Shown piece after piece: positions 26,762 through 36,201 of a stretch of 64,000 nucleotides of DNA. The notes under the pieces were generated by a model. It saw only the letters and a list, made by a program, of their open reading frames with translations. It was not told the DNA's origin and made no database searches. The position numbers and the translations under genes were made by a program. Source of the stretch: Candidatus Dojkabacteria bacterium HGW-Dojkabacteria-1. GTDB taxonomy: Bacteria; Patescibacteriota; Dojkabacteria; SC72. How positions within the stretch are numbered: position 1 is the first letter of the stretch; the number at the start of each line of letters is the position of its first letter. The DNA lies in the NCBI GenBank assembly GCA_002840365.1, contig PHAO01000001.1, positions 15,594 through 79,593 on the forward strand, given 5' to 3'.

Positions 26762-27827
26762 ATACCCCTGGTTTTACTGTTTCACTACATTCAAAGATAA
26801 TATCTTCACTATCTAAATGGTTTAATACATCAGAAAGCAATCTAGAGCTAAATGCTATTTTAAGGGAATCTCCCTCTATATTCCCTTTAAAAGTACTTTT
26901 GTTACTACCTAAATCTGTTTGTGTTGCAGAAAGAGTAACAGAATCACCTTTAGAATCAATATCTAGTATTAACTTATTTCCTAATACACTCTTTGCGATA
27001 ATGTTAGTAATCTTTAAAGAATTAAGAAAATCATTCTTACTTAATTTTGTAAGTGTTTTATAACCAGTAGGAATGATTTGTCTATATTCAGGAAATTGTC
27101 CATCTATCAATCTTGATACTAAATCAATATCTCCATATTTAAACAGTATTTGATTCCTATCTTCAATTAAATATACTTCTATCATATTATCTTCACCTAT
27201 CTCAGTTACAATATGAGCCAATTCTAAAAGAGCTTTAACAGGTACTAAGACATTAACATCCTTTTCAGAATTTACATCCAACTTTACTATTTGTCTTGAA
27301 AGTCTTAATCCATCAGTTCCAACAAAAGAGATACTATCTCCTGAAATTTCTAACAGAATACCTGTTAATACGGGTTTTATATCATCACTAGCTGCAGCAA
27401 ATGCAACCCTATTTACAGCCTTTACTAATAGATCTTTAGGTAGTTTTAATAAAGGTTTATTATCAGTAACAGTAGCTACAGCAGGAAAATCATCTGCAGG
27501 CATGGTGTTTAAACTTGCAAAATTTCCTGTACTTGAGATATTAAAGTTTTGATTATCCAAAGTAACATCAATAACCTCACTTGGAACACTATTTACAAAT
27601 TCTGTTAGCTGTTTTGCAGGTACAGTTATCTTTCCTTCAGATTTAACATCTGCTCCAATCCAAGTATTTAAACCTATCTCTAAATCTGTAGCTGTGATAA
27701 TTAATTTACCTTTACTGCTTTCAAATTGAACATTATTAAGTATTGGTAAACCAGGTTTACTACTTACTACCCTACTAACAATATTTAGATACTTTGCAAA
27801 GGTATCTTGATTACATGTAAATTGCAT
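26706..27827 (-). CDS. dnaN: DNA polymerase III beta clamp
   Basis: LPILNN, ATDLEI, VGTDGLRLS, SRLIDGQFPEY, LVMPM; downstream of dnaA. Confidence 0.97.
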   Translation of the reverse strand: MQFTCNQDTFAKYLNIVSRVVSSKPGLPILNNVQFESSKGKLIITATDLEIGLNTWIGADVKSEGKITVPAKQLTEFVNSVPSEVIDVTLDNQNFNISSTGNFASLNTMPADDFPAVATVTDNKPLLKLPKDLLVKAVNRVAFAAASDDIKPVLTGILLEISGDSISFVGTDGLRLSRQIVKLDVNSEKDVNVLVPVKALLELAHIVTEIGEDNMIEVYLIEDRNQILFKYGDIDLVSRLIDGQFPEYRQIIPTGYKTLTKLSKNDFLNSLKITNIIAKSVLGNKLILDIDSKGDSVTLSATQTDLGSNKSTFKGNIEGDSLKIAFSSRLLSDVLNHLDSEDIIFECSETVKPGVFKIADDPDFVHLVMPMML

Positions 27828-28263
27828 TTTATGTCTTTAAAACAAATATTATATATAGGCAGTAGTAACTAGTATATTCTACTTAATCTTAATGTAGTTT
27901 TCTACTCTTTTATTTAATTAATATATTAAGTTGTAATAGTAGTAGAGAGTGTGTATATGTTTATAACCTTCCTATCTTACCTCGATATTACTCCTTGTAA
28001 TAATAGTTTATAACGCCTACTCTATCTGTCGAAAACTTTTAACTACCTTTTTATTAAATATTCTTTAACTGTATTCTTTCTCTTATCTTTTCTCTGTGGA
28101 TTCAAATTGTGTATTCCTAAGGATAACAGGCTATTTATTGTGAATATTAAAAACCTTTAACAAAAGCATTTCTAATTAAAAGGTAGTATCTAAAACAAAT
28201 CTTATTTTGTGGAATACACCCCTGTTATTCGTAAGATACCCACACCTATCCACCACATATACA
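27828..28263. other. Replication origin oriC (dnaA-dnaN intergenic part)
   Basis: Minus strand TTATAAACA-TATACACA-CTCT-CTACTACTATTAC (27966-27933), i.e. tandem DnaA boxes plus DnaA-trios, followed by AT-rich DNA; more degenerate boxes near 28095, 28108 and 28208. Confidence 0.82.
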
Positions 28264-29727
28264 CTATTGTTGTGTAATTTCTCTCATACAAAGATCTATT
28301 TTTTCTGCAAAACGACTATCTTTTTCCATTCTTTTGGATATTTGTTTGTAAGCATGTATTACGGTTGTATGATCTTTTCTATTTACCTCTTTTGCCACTC
28401 TCTCAAGAGGTAAATCCAATTCTTTTCTAAGTAGGTACATTGCTACTTGTCTTGCAAGCGCCATATACGAGGTTCTTCTTCCTCCTTTAATATCTGCAAT
28501 AGGAACATCAAAAACATTAGATACAGATTTAATTATCTTTTGAGGAGTAATCTTTATCCTTTTACTTTCAATATCTACATCTAAAATTTTTAAGACATCT
28601 TCTGAGGTTATCTTTTCTCCAAGGAGCATTAATGTAATAACTTTGTTTAAGGATCCTTCTAACTCTCTTACACTACTATCAATATTTTTTGCTATTAAAT
28701 CGATAAACTCCTCTGGCACTTTCGCTCTCTTTTCGAGAACACCCTGTTTCAATATTGCTATTCTTGTTTCATAATCAGGCATTTGTATATCTGCTACCAT
28801 ACCTCCTTCAAATCTAGACCTTAACCTATCAGTTATATTACGTATCTCTTTCGGTGGCCTGTCTGATGCTAGCAAAATCTGTTTGTTTGCATGATATAGA
28901 GTGTTAAATGTATGGAAAAGCTCCTCTTGTGTTTTAGGTAGTGTTTCTACAAACTGAACATCATCAATCATTAATAGGTCTACTTCTCTATACTTTGATC
29001 TAAAATCTTCATTTCTTTTTGTTCTAATAGCTTCAATCATTTCATTAAGGAATTGCTCTATCGAAACATATACAACTTTTTTATCTGGAGATTCTTTTAA
29101 CAATTGATTACCAATTGCTTGCATAAGGTGTGTCTTTCCAACACCAGTATTTCCATAGAAAAAGACGGGATTATATGCTCTACCCAAATCTTTAACTACC
29201 GCATGTGCAACTGCCTCTGCAAGCCTATTATGTGAACCAACTACAAAGGTTTCAAATGTATATTTAGGATTAAGCTTCGAATATGTAAGTGCATCTTGAT
29301 ATTTTTTCTTTTCATTCTCAGAAGCAGAGAAAAGATCTATATTCTGACTACCAGTATTCAGAAACTGATATCTACTCTCTTTCCCCTTTTCCTCTATTGA
29401 AGATTTAATAAAAAAATCGATCTGTAAATTCTGTCCAGTAGCTTTAAGAAGACACCTTTGTAAGAGATTTTTGTAATCGTTTTGTATTAACCCTCTTTTG
29501 AATTCGCTCGTACATGAGAAAGTTGCAACTCCGTTATCTATTCTTTCTAAATATGTATCTGCAAACAAAGATTTATACTCCACCTTATCAAGAACCATTC
29601 TTAGGTTCTCAGAAACAATTTTCCATATATCATCATTATCCATCCTTTCGAAAGACTCTACTCTACCCTCTTCAATATTTGGTTTTGGAATATTCTCCAT
29701 ATATTTTTCAAAGTCTATTTTATCCAT
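28264..29727 (-). CDS. dnaA: Chromosomal replication initiator DnaA
   Basis: LNPKYTFETFVVG, YNPVFFYGNTGVGKTHL, IDDVQF, RLRSRFEGG, ARQVAMYL, KDHTTVIHA. Start set at ATG 29727. Confidence 0.98.
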   Translation of the reverse strand: MDKIDFEKYMENIPKPNIEEGRVESFERMDNDDIWKIVSENLRMVLDKVEYKSLFADTYLERIDNGVATFSCTSEFKRGLIQNDYKNLLQRCLLKATGQNLQIDFFIKSSIEEKGKESRYQFLNTGSQNIDLFSASENEKKKYQDALTYSKLNPKYTFETFVVGSHNRLAEAVAHAVVKDLGRAYNPVFFYGNTGVGKTHLMQAIGNQLLKESPDKKVVYVSIEQFLNEMIEAIRTKRNEDFRSKYREVDLLMIDDVQFVETLPKTQEELFHTFNTLYHANKQILLASDRPPKEIRNITDRLRSRFEGGMVADIQMPDYETRIAILKQGVLEKRAKVPEEFIDLIAKNIDSSVRELEGSLNKVITLMLLGEKITSEDVLKILDVDIESKRIKITPQKIIKSVSNVFDVPIADIKGGRRTSYMALARQVAMYLLRKELDLPLERVAKEVNRKDHTTVIHAYKQISKRMEKDSRFAEKIDLCMREITQQ

Positions 29728-29821
29728 ACTTAACAAAGTATATACAATATATAAAGGCAGTTAGGGGGCAGTGCTATGGTCGATTGGGACTGATATTCCA
29801 TTATATTGATTTTCAAAAAAA

Positions 29822-29830
29822 TGTGGATAA
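29822..29830 (-). promoter_or_regulatory. Consensus DnaA box upstream of dnaA
   Basis: TGTGGATAA (TTATCCACA on the minus strand) in the dnaA-rpmH gap. Confidence 0.8.
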
Positions 29831-29978
29831 AGGAATAGGAATATATATTTTAACCTTTCTAAAAGAGACTTTTTTCTGTTACACTTTTTATCTAAGTTAC
29901 TTAGAGCTATTTTTGTCATCTCATGATAATACAAATATTTGCCATATGTATAGATGTTAATATATAATAGGCTCGTTT

Positions 29979-30161
29979 ATGAAAAGAACATATCAACCAA
30001 AAAATTTGAAGAGGATCAAGAAGTTCGGTTTTATGTCAAGAAACAAAACTTCTGCAGGAAAAGCTGTACTCAAAAGAAGAATCAAAAAAGGTAGGAAAAA
30101 TCTTTCTGTAAGTGATGAATACAAAACTTTAAGAAAGAAGCCTACTTCAAGAATTAGGTAG
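29979..30161 (+). CDS. rpmH: 50S ribosomal protein L34
   Basis: MKRTYQPK...FGFMSR...GKAVLKRR..KGRK; synteny. Confidence 0.96.
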   Translation: MKRTYQPKNLKRIKKFGFMSRNKTSAGKAVLKRRIKKGRKNLSVSDEYKTLRKKPTSRIR

Positions 30162-30176
30162 TGTATACTTAAACAT

Positions 30177-30509
30177 ATGCTTCCAAAGAAATACCGATTA
30201 GAACCAAAGAATCTCCAAAAGATTTACAAAGAAGGTAAGAAGTTCCGTGGCGAATATGGAATGCTTGTTGTAAAAGAATTAAATATTAACAATCCCCAAT
30301 TTGCTTTTGTAGTTAGCAAAAAGATTGGAAATGCTGTTCAAAGGCACAAAATGACTAGACTACTAAGACAGATAACTACAGAATTTTTAACAAAGGTCGA
30401 AGATAGTAAATTAGCATCTCAGTATATAGCATTTAAGTATAGTGATAACTATGAAGAACTTAAAAAAGAGTACCTTAAACAGCTTAAGGATGCTTTTAGA
30501 ATTGCCTAA
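30177..30509 (+). CDS. rnpA: RNase P protein component
   Basis: MLPKKYRL, FVVSKKIGNAVQRHKMTRLLR. Confidence 0.93.
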   Translation: MLPKKYRLEPKNLQKIYKEGKKFRGEYGMLVVKELNINNPQFAFVVSKKIGNAVQRHKMTRLLRQITTEFLTKVEDSKLASQYIAFKYSDNYEELKKEYLKQLKDAFRIA

Positions 30510-30750
30510 AGGATTTGAACTTCTCCTTATTCGTATTTACCAGAAAACTCTCTCACTTGATCACGGATACTTAGGAAAGGTTTATCCTAATCTAAGGGCA
30601 TGTAAATTTTCCCCTACTTGTTCTGAGTATGGGTATGAATCAGTAAAAAGGTTTGGTTTAATTAAGGGTAATTATTTGGCTCTAAAAAGATTCCTAAGAT
30701 GCAATCCTTGGAGCAAACCAGGACAATATGATCCTGTACCTGAAAAATAA
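30490..30750 (+). CDS. yidD: Membrane protein insertion efficiency factor YidD
   Basis: IRIYQKTLS, CKFSPTCSEY, RFLRCNPW...YDPVP. Start set at ATG 30490. Confidence 0.93.
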   Translation: MLLELPKGFELLLIRIYQKTLSLDHGYLGKVYPNLRACKFSPTCSEYGYESVKRFGLIKGNYLALKRFLRCNPWSKPGQYDPVPEK

Positions 30751-30801
30751 TTAAGTTTAATGTATAATGCATCAGATTTTTATTATTATTCTTTTATTCG
30801 T

Positions 30802-31650
30802 ATGTTAGCAACCATTTGGAATACTGTTCTTTTTAACCCCGTACTTAATGTAGTAATACTTTTGTATCATTACTTGGGTGATAACCTAGGTTTAGCAATA
30901 TTAGCGATTGCCGTCATTGTAAGAATACTTCTTACACCCTTAGTCAAAAAACAAACAGAGATGACTAAGAAGATGGCAAACCTAAAGCCCGAGTTGGATA
31001 AGCTACAGAAAAAATATGCAAACAACAAAGAGAAGCTTTCTCAAGAGCAGATGAAACTTTACAAAAGAGTTGGGTATAACCCACTTGGTTGTATCGGTAC
31101 TTTTATCCCCCAACTTATTATACTTTCTGTTCTAATCGGGGTTATTAGAGCTGTAACAGATAGCAATCTTGATGGTCTGTATACCTGGGTTAGAGAGTTA
31201 ATAGGTATTAACAATGGGTATATAGTTAACCCTCAATTCCTTTTCTGGGACTTAACGAAATCATACAATGGTATGTCTTCAGAATTTGGTAGATTTGCAG
31301 CAGAGAGCCTACCATATGTTGTGTTAGCTGTTTTGGTAGGTATTGTTCAATATGCTACAACAGCATTTACACAAAAAATGAATGCACCTACTACACCTTC
31401 TAAAAAAGAGAAGAAGAAAGGAGAAACAACCCCAGAAGATATGCAAGCTCAAATGCAAAAATCTATGATGTTTATGTTCCCTCTTATGACAGTATTCTTT
31501 ACTATTAGTATGCCAGCAGCTCTTGGTTGGTATTGGATGATTCAATCTGTTATGTTAGTTGTACAGTATTTCACCTTAGATTTTGATAAGACTAAAAGGG
31601 GAGTACAAAATCTTTGGGATGTTATATTCACTAAAAAGAAAATAAATTAA
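30802..31650 (+). CDS. yidC: Membrane protein insertase YidC
   Basis: VRILLTPL, LKPELDKLQKKY, YNPLGC, PAALGWYW; synteny. Start set at ATG 30802. Confidence 0.93.
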   Translation: MLATIWNTVLFNPVLNVVILLYHYLGDNLGLAILAIAVIVRILLTPLVKKQTEMTKKMANLKPELDKLQKKYANNKEKLSQEQMKLYKRVGYNPLGCIGTFIPQLIILSVLIGVIRAVTDSNLDGLYTWVRELIGINNGYIVNPQFLFWDLTKSYNGMSSEFGRFAAESLPYVVLAVLVGIVQYATTAFTQKMNAPTTPSKKEKKKGETTPEDMQAQMQKSMMFMFPLMTVFFTISMPAALGWYWMIQSVMLVVQYFTLDFDKTKRGVQNLWDVIFTKKKIN

Positions 31651-31664
31651 GGAAAATATTTAAT

Positions 31665-32183
31665 ATGAAAGATATTGTAAAAAAAGAACTAGATACTCTT
31701 CTCGAGCTAATGGGAATAGATGCTCAGTATGAGATAGAGGTTGAGAAAGTTGGAGAAACTTCATACATAAAGATTCTTTTTGATGGAGAGAATTTAGGCT
31801 ACCTTATCGGCGGTCATGGAAAGCACTTAGATTCTTTGCAGTATGTGCTTAGCCTTCTTACTAGGAAGAAATTAGGAGAGGATGATGATTACAGAATAAT
31901 ATTGGATGTTTGTGGGTACAGGAAAGAAAGAGATGAAAAACTAGAGAAGTTTGCTATGCAAAAAGCAGATGATGCAAGAATTCTAGGAGAACCAGTAGAT
32001 CTTCCCCCTATGAAAGCATCAGATAGGAGAGTTGTACATATGGCATTACAGGTATTTGATGATATTAAAACAGAAAGTATAGGAGAAGATAGAGATAGGC
32101 ATATTAGAATTATTCCTACATCTGAAGCAGAAATGGATATTATATCCGAATCTGAAGAAGCAGAAGAAGAAAGTGAGGAATAA
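31665..32183 (+). CDS. jag: Jag/KhpB KH-R3H RNA-binding protein (short form)
   Basis: GYLIGGHGKHLDSLQY, LPPMKASDRRVVH, TESIGE. Confidence 0.9.
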   Translation: MKDIVKKELDTLLELMGIDAQYEIEVEKVGETSYIKILFDGENLGYLIGGHGKHLDSLQYVLSLLTRKKLGEDDDYRIILDVCGYRKERDEKLEKFAMQKADDARILGEPVDLPPMKASDRRVVHMALQVFDDIKTESIGEDRDRHIRIIPTSEAEMDIISESEEAEEESEE

Positions 32184-32207
32184 AGCATTCTTTGTTAAAA
32201 TGTATTA

Positions 32208-33575
32208 ATGAATACATTTTTAAAAAAGTATTATCTGTATATCCTCTACATACTTCTTGTCTCTATATCAATATTTCTTTGCTTTGAAAATCTCCCTAAG
32301 GGAATCTTTTTAATTATCCTTTTTACTTTTTGGTTTCTGTTTTCCTTAAGAAAGAAGGGGTATTTACCTACCCTACTAACACTGTTTATCCTATTACCAT
32401 TTAATATAACCTTTCAAATACCAGAGAGTATAATACACTCTCAACCATATATTGCAGGCTTTTGGGTTAATTACCTAGTTCCCACCCTCTCTATACTTGA
32501 TGTATTTGTATTACTTCTACTAATACAGCTCTATGTACATAGGAAAAAGATATTTAAAAAGGTACTTTTTGATAAATATATATTAATATTTTTTGCACTT
32601 TTATTAATTCAAAACCTTTTTGTTCAAAATTTTCTAACATTACTACTTTCAATTAGAATCTCTGTCTATTTATTTACCTCTATCATTTTACTTCTATCTA
32701 TAAAACAAGAATTTAAATTGAAAGACCTGTTACAAAATAGATATATAAAATTCACTTTAATATCATCTATTCTTATTCAGGGAAGTATTGGTCTCTACCA
32801 ATTTTTAAAGGGTACATCTGTTGGGCTATACCTCCTTGGAGAATCAAAAATTGTAAGTGGAATGTATGGATCTAGTTATATTGATATTCAAGGAGAAGCA
32901 TTTTTAAGAGCTTATGGTACCTTTCCTCACCCCAATATTTTAGTGGGTTGGTATTTGCTTCTATTTTTCATTTGTATGTACATATATTCAAAAACGAAAG
33001 AAAAAGGTTACCTTTTTTCTATACTATTAATTCTCCTTTTCTCTATCTTCACTTTCTCTCGTTTAACTATTCTTCTTCTCCTTCTTTTTACAATTATTTT
33101 TGTTGTTAAATTAATATCTGAAAGAAAATATATATTCTCAGTATCTTCTCTACTCTTCTATCGATTTTTAAATATCTTTAGTGGGGATGATAACAGTTGG
33201 AGTGATAGGGTTAAACTTCTTAAATTAAATTTAGATATTTTAAAAGAGAACTTTCTTTTGGGTACAGGACTAGGTAGGTCTCTACTCTTCTATGAAAAAG
33301 ATATACCTTTTACTAGTGGAGGGAAGTTGCTACTTCAACCTGTTCATAATATATGGTTACTCAATTTGATTGAGTTTGGGATATTAATTGGTACATACTA
33401 TCTTTTTCTTCTTTACAGATACTTTTTGAGAGGTATTAAAATCAATCTGTTCAAAGTATTAATATTAGTTTCAATATTGGTAATTGGAATGTTTGATCAC
33501 TATCTTTTTACTTTACCTCAGGGCAATCTGCTTTTCTTTTCTTTCTTGATATTACTAACTGACTTAAGACGATAG
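32208..33575 (+). CDS. O-antigen ligase/Wzy_C family membrane glycosyltransferase
   Basis: Multi-TM; RAYGTFPHPN, TFSR, LGTGLG, QPVHNIWL, FDHY. Confidence 0.88.
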   Translation: MNTFLKKYYLYILYILLVSISIFLCFENLPKGIFLIILFTFWFLFSLRKKGYLPTLLTLFILLPFNITFQIPESIIHSQPYIAGFWVNYLVPTLSILDVFVLLLLIQLYVHRKKIFKKVLFDKYILIFFALLLIQNLFVQNFLTLLLSIRISVYLFTSIILLLSIKQEFKLKDLLQNRYIKFTLISSILIQGSIGLYQFLKGTSVGLYLLGESKIVSGMYGSSYIDIQGEAFLRAYGTFPHPNILVGWYLLLFFICMYIYSKTKEKGYLFSILLILLFSIFTFSRLTILLLLLFTIIFVVKLISERKYIFSVSSLLFYRFLNIFSGDDNSWSDRVKLLKLNLDILKENFLLGTGLGRSLLFYEKDIPFTSGGKLLLQPVHNIWLLNLIEFGILIGTYYLFLLYRYFLRGIKINLFKVLILVSILVIGMFDHYLFTLPQGNLLFFSFLILLTDLRR

Positions 33576-34101
33576 TGGAAAGAAGTGCTAGCCACATTAG
33601 ATACTCTGGATATGCTACATATGAAAGAGAGGTATATATAGAGACAGCAAGAGCGGAAAGATTGAGAATTAAGTATAGGGCAAGTAGTCTCTTAAAGTAT
33701 TTTCTACTGAATGAACGAAGAATTAATAACCTGGTCAAAGGGTATATTAGGATGAAGATTATTGCAAAAATCCAGTGTAGTACTCTATTAAAATCCATTT
33801 CATTTCCTGTTAAAGGGTATATCCCTACCCCTATTAGAGCAAATGCGGAAATAGCATGAAAGTTGTAATATGTTTTTCTTACTTTTTTGTACTTAGGATT
33901 AGTAATTGCATCAAGTCCGCATAGTAATCCTGTTATAATTGCAGATATATTGAAATATGTTCCTGTTCCAAATATCAAAGCATAGTCACTTACGGCATAC
34001 CCTGTTCTTAAATCAAGAAATTCGAAAATGTGAACAGGAAAAGTACCAAGTAAGTAAAGGTTTGAAAGGGTAAAATATATTATTCCAACTATGTCTAACA
34101 T
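33508..34101 (-). CDS. Multi-TM membrane protein (DUF998-like)
   Basis: VSDYA, GVGIYP...LHWIFA. Start moved to ATG 34101 because the longer ORF runs into a tRNA. Confidence 0.6.
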   Translation of the reverse strand: MLDIVGIIYFTLSNLYLLGTFPVHIFEFLDLRTGYAVSDYALIFGTGTYFNISAIITGLLCGLDAITNPKYKKVRKTYYNFHAISAFALIGVGIYPLTGNEMDFNRVLHWIFAIIFILIYPLTRLLILRSFSRKYFKRLLALYLILNLSALAVSIYTSLSYVAYPEYLMWLALLSTIVLSQLVISRKKRKADCPEVK

Positions 34102-34141
34102 TGGTATAAAGATATCATTTGACGAAAGAAAATGTAAGTAT

Positions 34142-34229
34142 TGGCGGAGAGAATGGGATTCGAACCCATGGTACATTGCTGTACGCACGCTTTCCAAGCG
34201 TGTCCTTTCGGCCACTCAGGCATCTCTCC
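34142..34229 (-). tRNA. tRNA-Ser (GGA)
   Basis: GGAGAGA...CACGC TTGGAAA GCGTG, long variable arm, CCA encoded. Confidence 0.95.
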
Positions 34230-34240
34230 CAATCAAAAAC

Positions 34241-34317
34241 TGGCGTACCCGGCCGGAATCGAACCGACAACCTACTGCTTAGAAGGCAATTGCTCTATCC
34301 TATTGAGCTACGGGTAC
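34241..34317 (-). tRNA. tRNA-Arg (TCT)
   Basis: GTACCCG...ATTGC CTTCTAA GCAGT...GGTTCGATTCC...CGGGTACGCCA. Confidence 0.95.
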
Positions 34318-34361
34318 ATAAAACATGCAATTTTATCAATAAATTGATTGAATTGAAAGCT

Positions 34362-36197
34362 TTATTCCGTAATTTTCAACTCAACAATAGTTACTAATAC
34401 CCCTCCCCTTCTATTTGGGAACCTCTTAAGGAACTCAGGATAGTTACTTGGTATAAATTGTATCTCTGTTTTTTGATCTGAATAGTCAAGAGTCGTAATA
34501 TATTCTAATCCTTCTGACCATCTCATCCCTTTCAATTTGTTCTCAATTTCTTCCTTACTTACCTTTGGCCTTATAGATGATTGAGCTTCGAGTTTAATTT
34601 GAACTGAATCCTTTACTGTATCGTCTACTGTAAGTTTTTTCTCAACCTTATCACCAAGTACTAACTCTATATCATTCTCACTCTCAAAGAGGTTGTTTTC
34701 TATTGCCTCTTGTCTTAGCAATTCAGTTAATCCCTCATTTAGATTCTTTGTTGAGTAGTAAGTAGCGGTACCCTTAATTGTTACATCTAAGTTAACAATA
34801 CTTGCTTCTTCCCCTACTTTTTTATCTGTCTTTATACTTTCTTTATCTACTTCACTCTTAATACTGTTCTCTATGATTTCCCAACTCTTCTCTTTGCCTC
34901 TTAATTCAGATTTTACCTCCTCTATTGCAGTAGTACTTAATCTCTCTATCGCTGTGTCTAGGTCTTGTTGAGAAAGAACTGTGTATTCCTGCTTGCTTCC
35001 ACCAGTAAATGCTGCTGAGTTAAGACCGTATACCTCGGAGACATTGTAACCAGCAACAGAGAATGGTCTACTTGCAGCTATGTTATACTCTTCCCCTATA
35101 TCTGCTGCTGTAACTTCAATAGTTGACATTGAATTACAGTTCATCTCTACGGCACTATTTGTTTTGTATGAATATTTATCAGTAGTTATTGTATGTCCAT
35201 TACTTATCACAACCTTTGGAGAGGTTTCGTTACAACCACCACCTTTCCAATATGTAATAGTGACAGAGCCTTTTGCTTTTTCTCCTTTGTATGCTTTCCC
35301 TGTTGGATTAATAGTGTCTGAAAGACTTTTAGTTGCCTCACCTGCTTTAATAGGGATTTTTAGATTATCGAAATCTATTTCTTCAATGTTTGCATCTCCA
35401 GTAAAAGTCTTCTCTATCTCTACACTTTTTGCTTCCACAAAAATCTTTACTTTAACAAGAGGAGCCATCTGATTATATATAGCGAAGGAGACTCCAGGAA
35501 CAACCAAGAGTAATCCAATTGCTACAAAAAGTATTCTTAAGAATTTTTTATCCTTAAAATCTATCTTAATACCTTTAAATTTAGAGAGTACACTCTCTCT
35601 ATTTACCAAAGGTTCTCTTCTTCTATCAATTGGAGGATTTTCAGTAATTGGTATTGAAGCAAAATCTTTTCCAGCAAGTGACTCTTCTTTCTCTGCTGGT
35701 AAATCGCTATCTATTGAAATAAAGGATTCGTTATTTTTTTCTTTCTTTGGAACATATCTTTCTTCTCTTGATTTATTAATAGCGTTGTTAACCCTCTCTT
35801 CGAAGGAAGATGCTTTTTTTAATGCTTCTTCTTCAATGGCTTCCTCTACTTTCTTTCGTGGTTTACTACTTTTAGATTGTAATTCGAGTTCTTGTTCAAC
35901 CTCTATCCAATCCTCTTCGGTTGGAAGTGATGGTGTTTCTATTACCTTAATTCCTGCTAAATTACTGTTTCTTACCCCTGTTGGATTCTGTATTATCTGA
36001 GCAATGAGTAGTTTACCCTCTTTTTGAGCAACTTCGTTAATAACTTTTAGGTTAATTGGACTTATTAAAAGATCTGTTTGATCTGTAAAAGTTAATACAA
36101 CTCTCTCTGCTTTACTCTGATGTATTTCTTTAACCACATCAGTAAGCTCATGTGTACCATTTATTATTATTTTCTTTATATTGCTCTTGTCTTCCAT
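34362..36197 (-). CDS. Bitopic membrane protein with an extracellular baseplate J/gp47-like segment
   Basis: Cytoplasmic N-domain, TM near aa 220-242, then GEKAKGSVTI...VTAADIGEEYNI...AFTGGS...VLSQQD. Confidence 0.7.
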   Translation of the reverse strand: MEDKSNIKKIIINGTHELTDVVKEIHQSKAERVVLTFTDQTDLLISPINLKVINEVAQKEGKLLIAQIIQNPTGVRNSNLAGIKVIETPSLPTEEDWIEVEQELELQSKSSKPRKKVEEAIEEEALKKASSFEERVNNAINKSREERYVPKKEKNNESFISIDSDLPAEKEESLAGKDFASIPITENPPIDRRREPLVNRESVLSKFKGIKIDFKDKKFLRILFVAIGLLLVVPGVSFAIYNQMAPLVKVKIFVEAKSVEIEKTFTGDANIEEIDFDNLKIPIKAGEATKSLSDTINPTGKAYKGEKAKGSVTITYWKGGGCNETSPKVVISNGHTITTDKYSYKTNSAVEMNCNSMSTIEVTAADIGEEYNIAASRPFSVAGYNVSEVYGLNSAAFTGGSKQEYTVLSQQDLDTAIERLSTTAIEEVKSELRGKEKSWEIIENSIKSEVDKESIKTDKKVGEEASIVNLDVTIKGTATYYSTKNLNEGLTELLRQEAIENNLFESENDIELVLGDKVEKKLTVDDTVKDSVQIKLEAQSSIRPKVSKEEIENKLKGMRWSEGLEYITTLDYSDQKTEIQFIPSNYPEFLKRFPNRRGGVLVTIVELKITE

Positions 36198-36201
36198 TTC
36201 A

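Noticed and set aside
34091-34397. Three short plus-strand ORFs and the N-terminal extension of the 33508-34215 ORF
   Set aside because: They overlap tRNA-Ser and tRNA-Arg; typical tRNA-derived spurious frames.
34362-36197. Prophage or contractile injection system suggested by the baseplate-like domain
   Set aside because: No sheath, tube, spike, capsid or terminase genes nearby; the protein is membrane-anchored in a housekeeping context.
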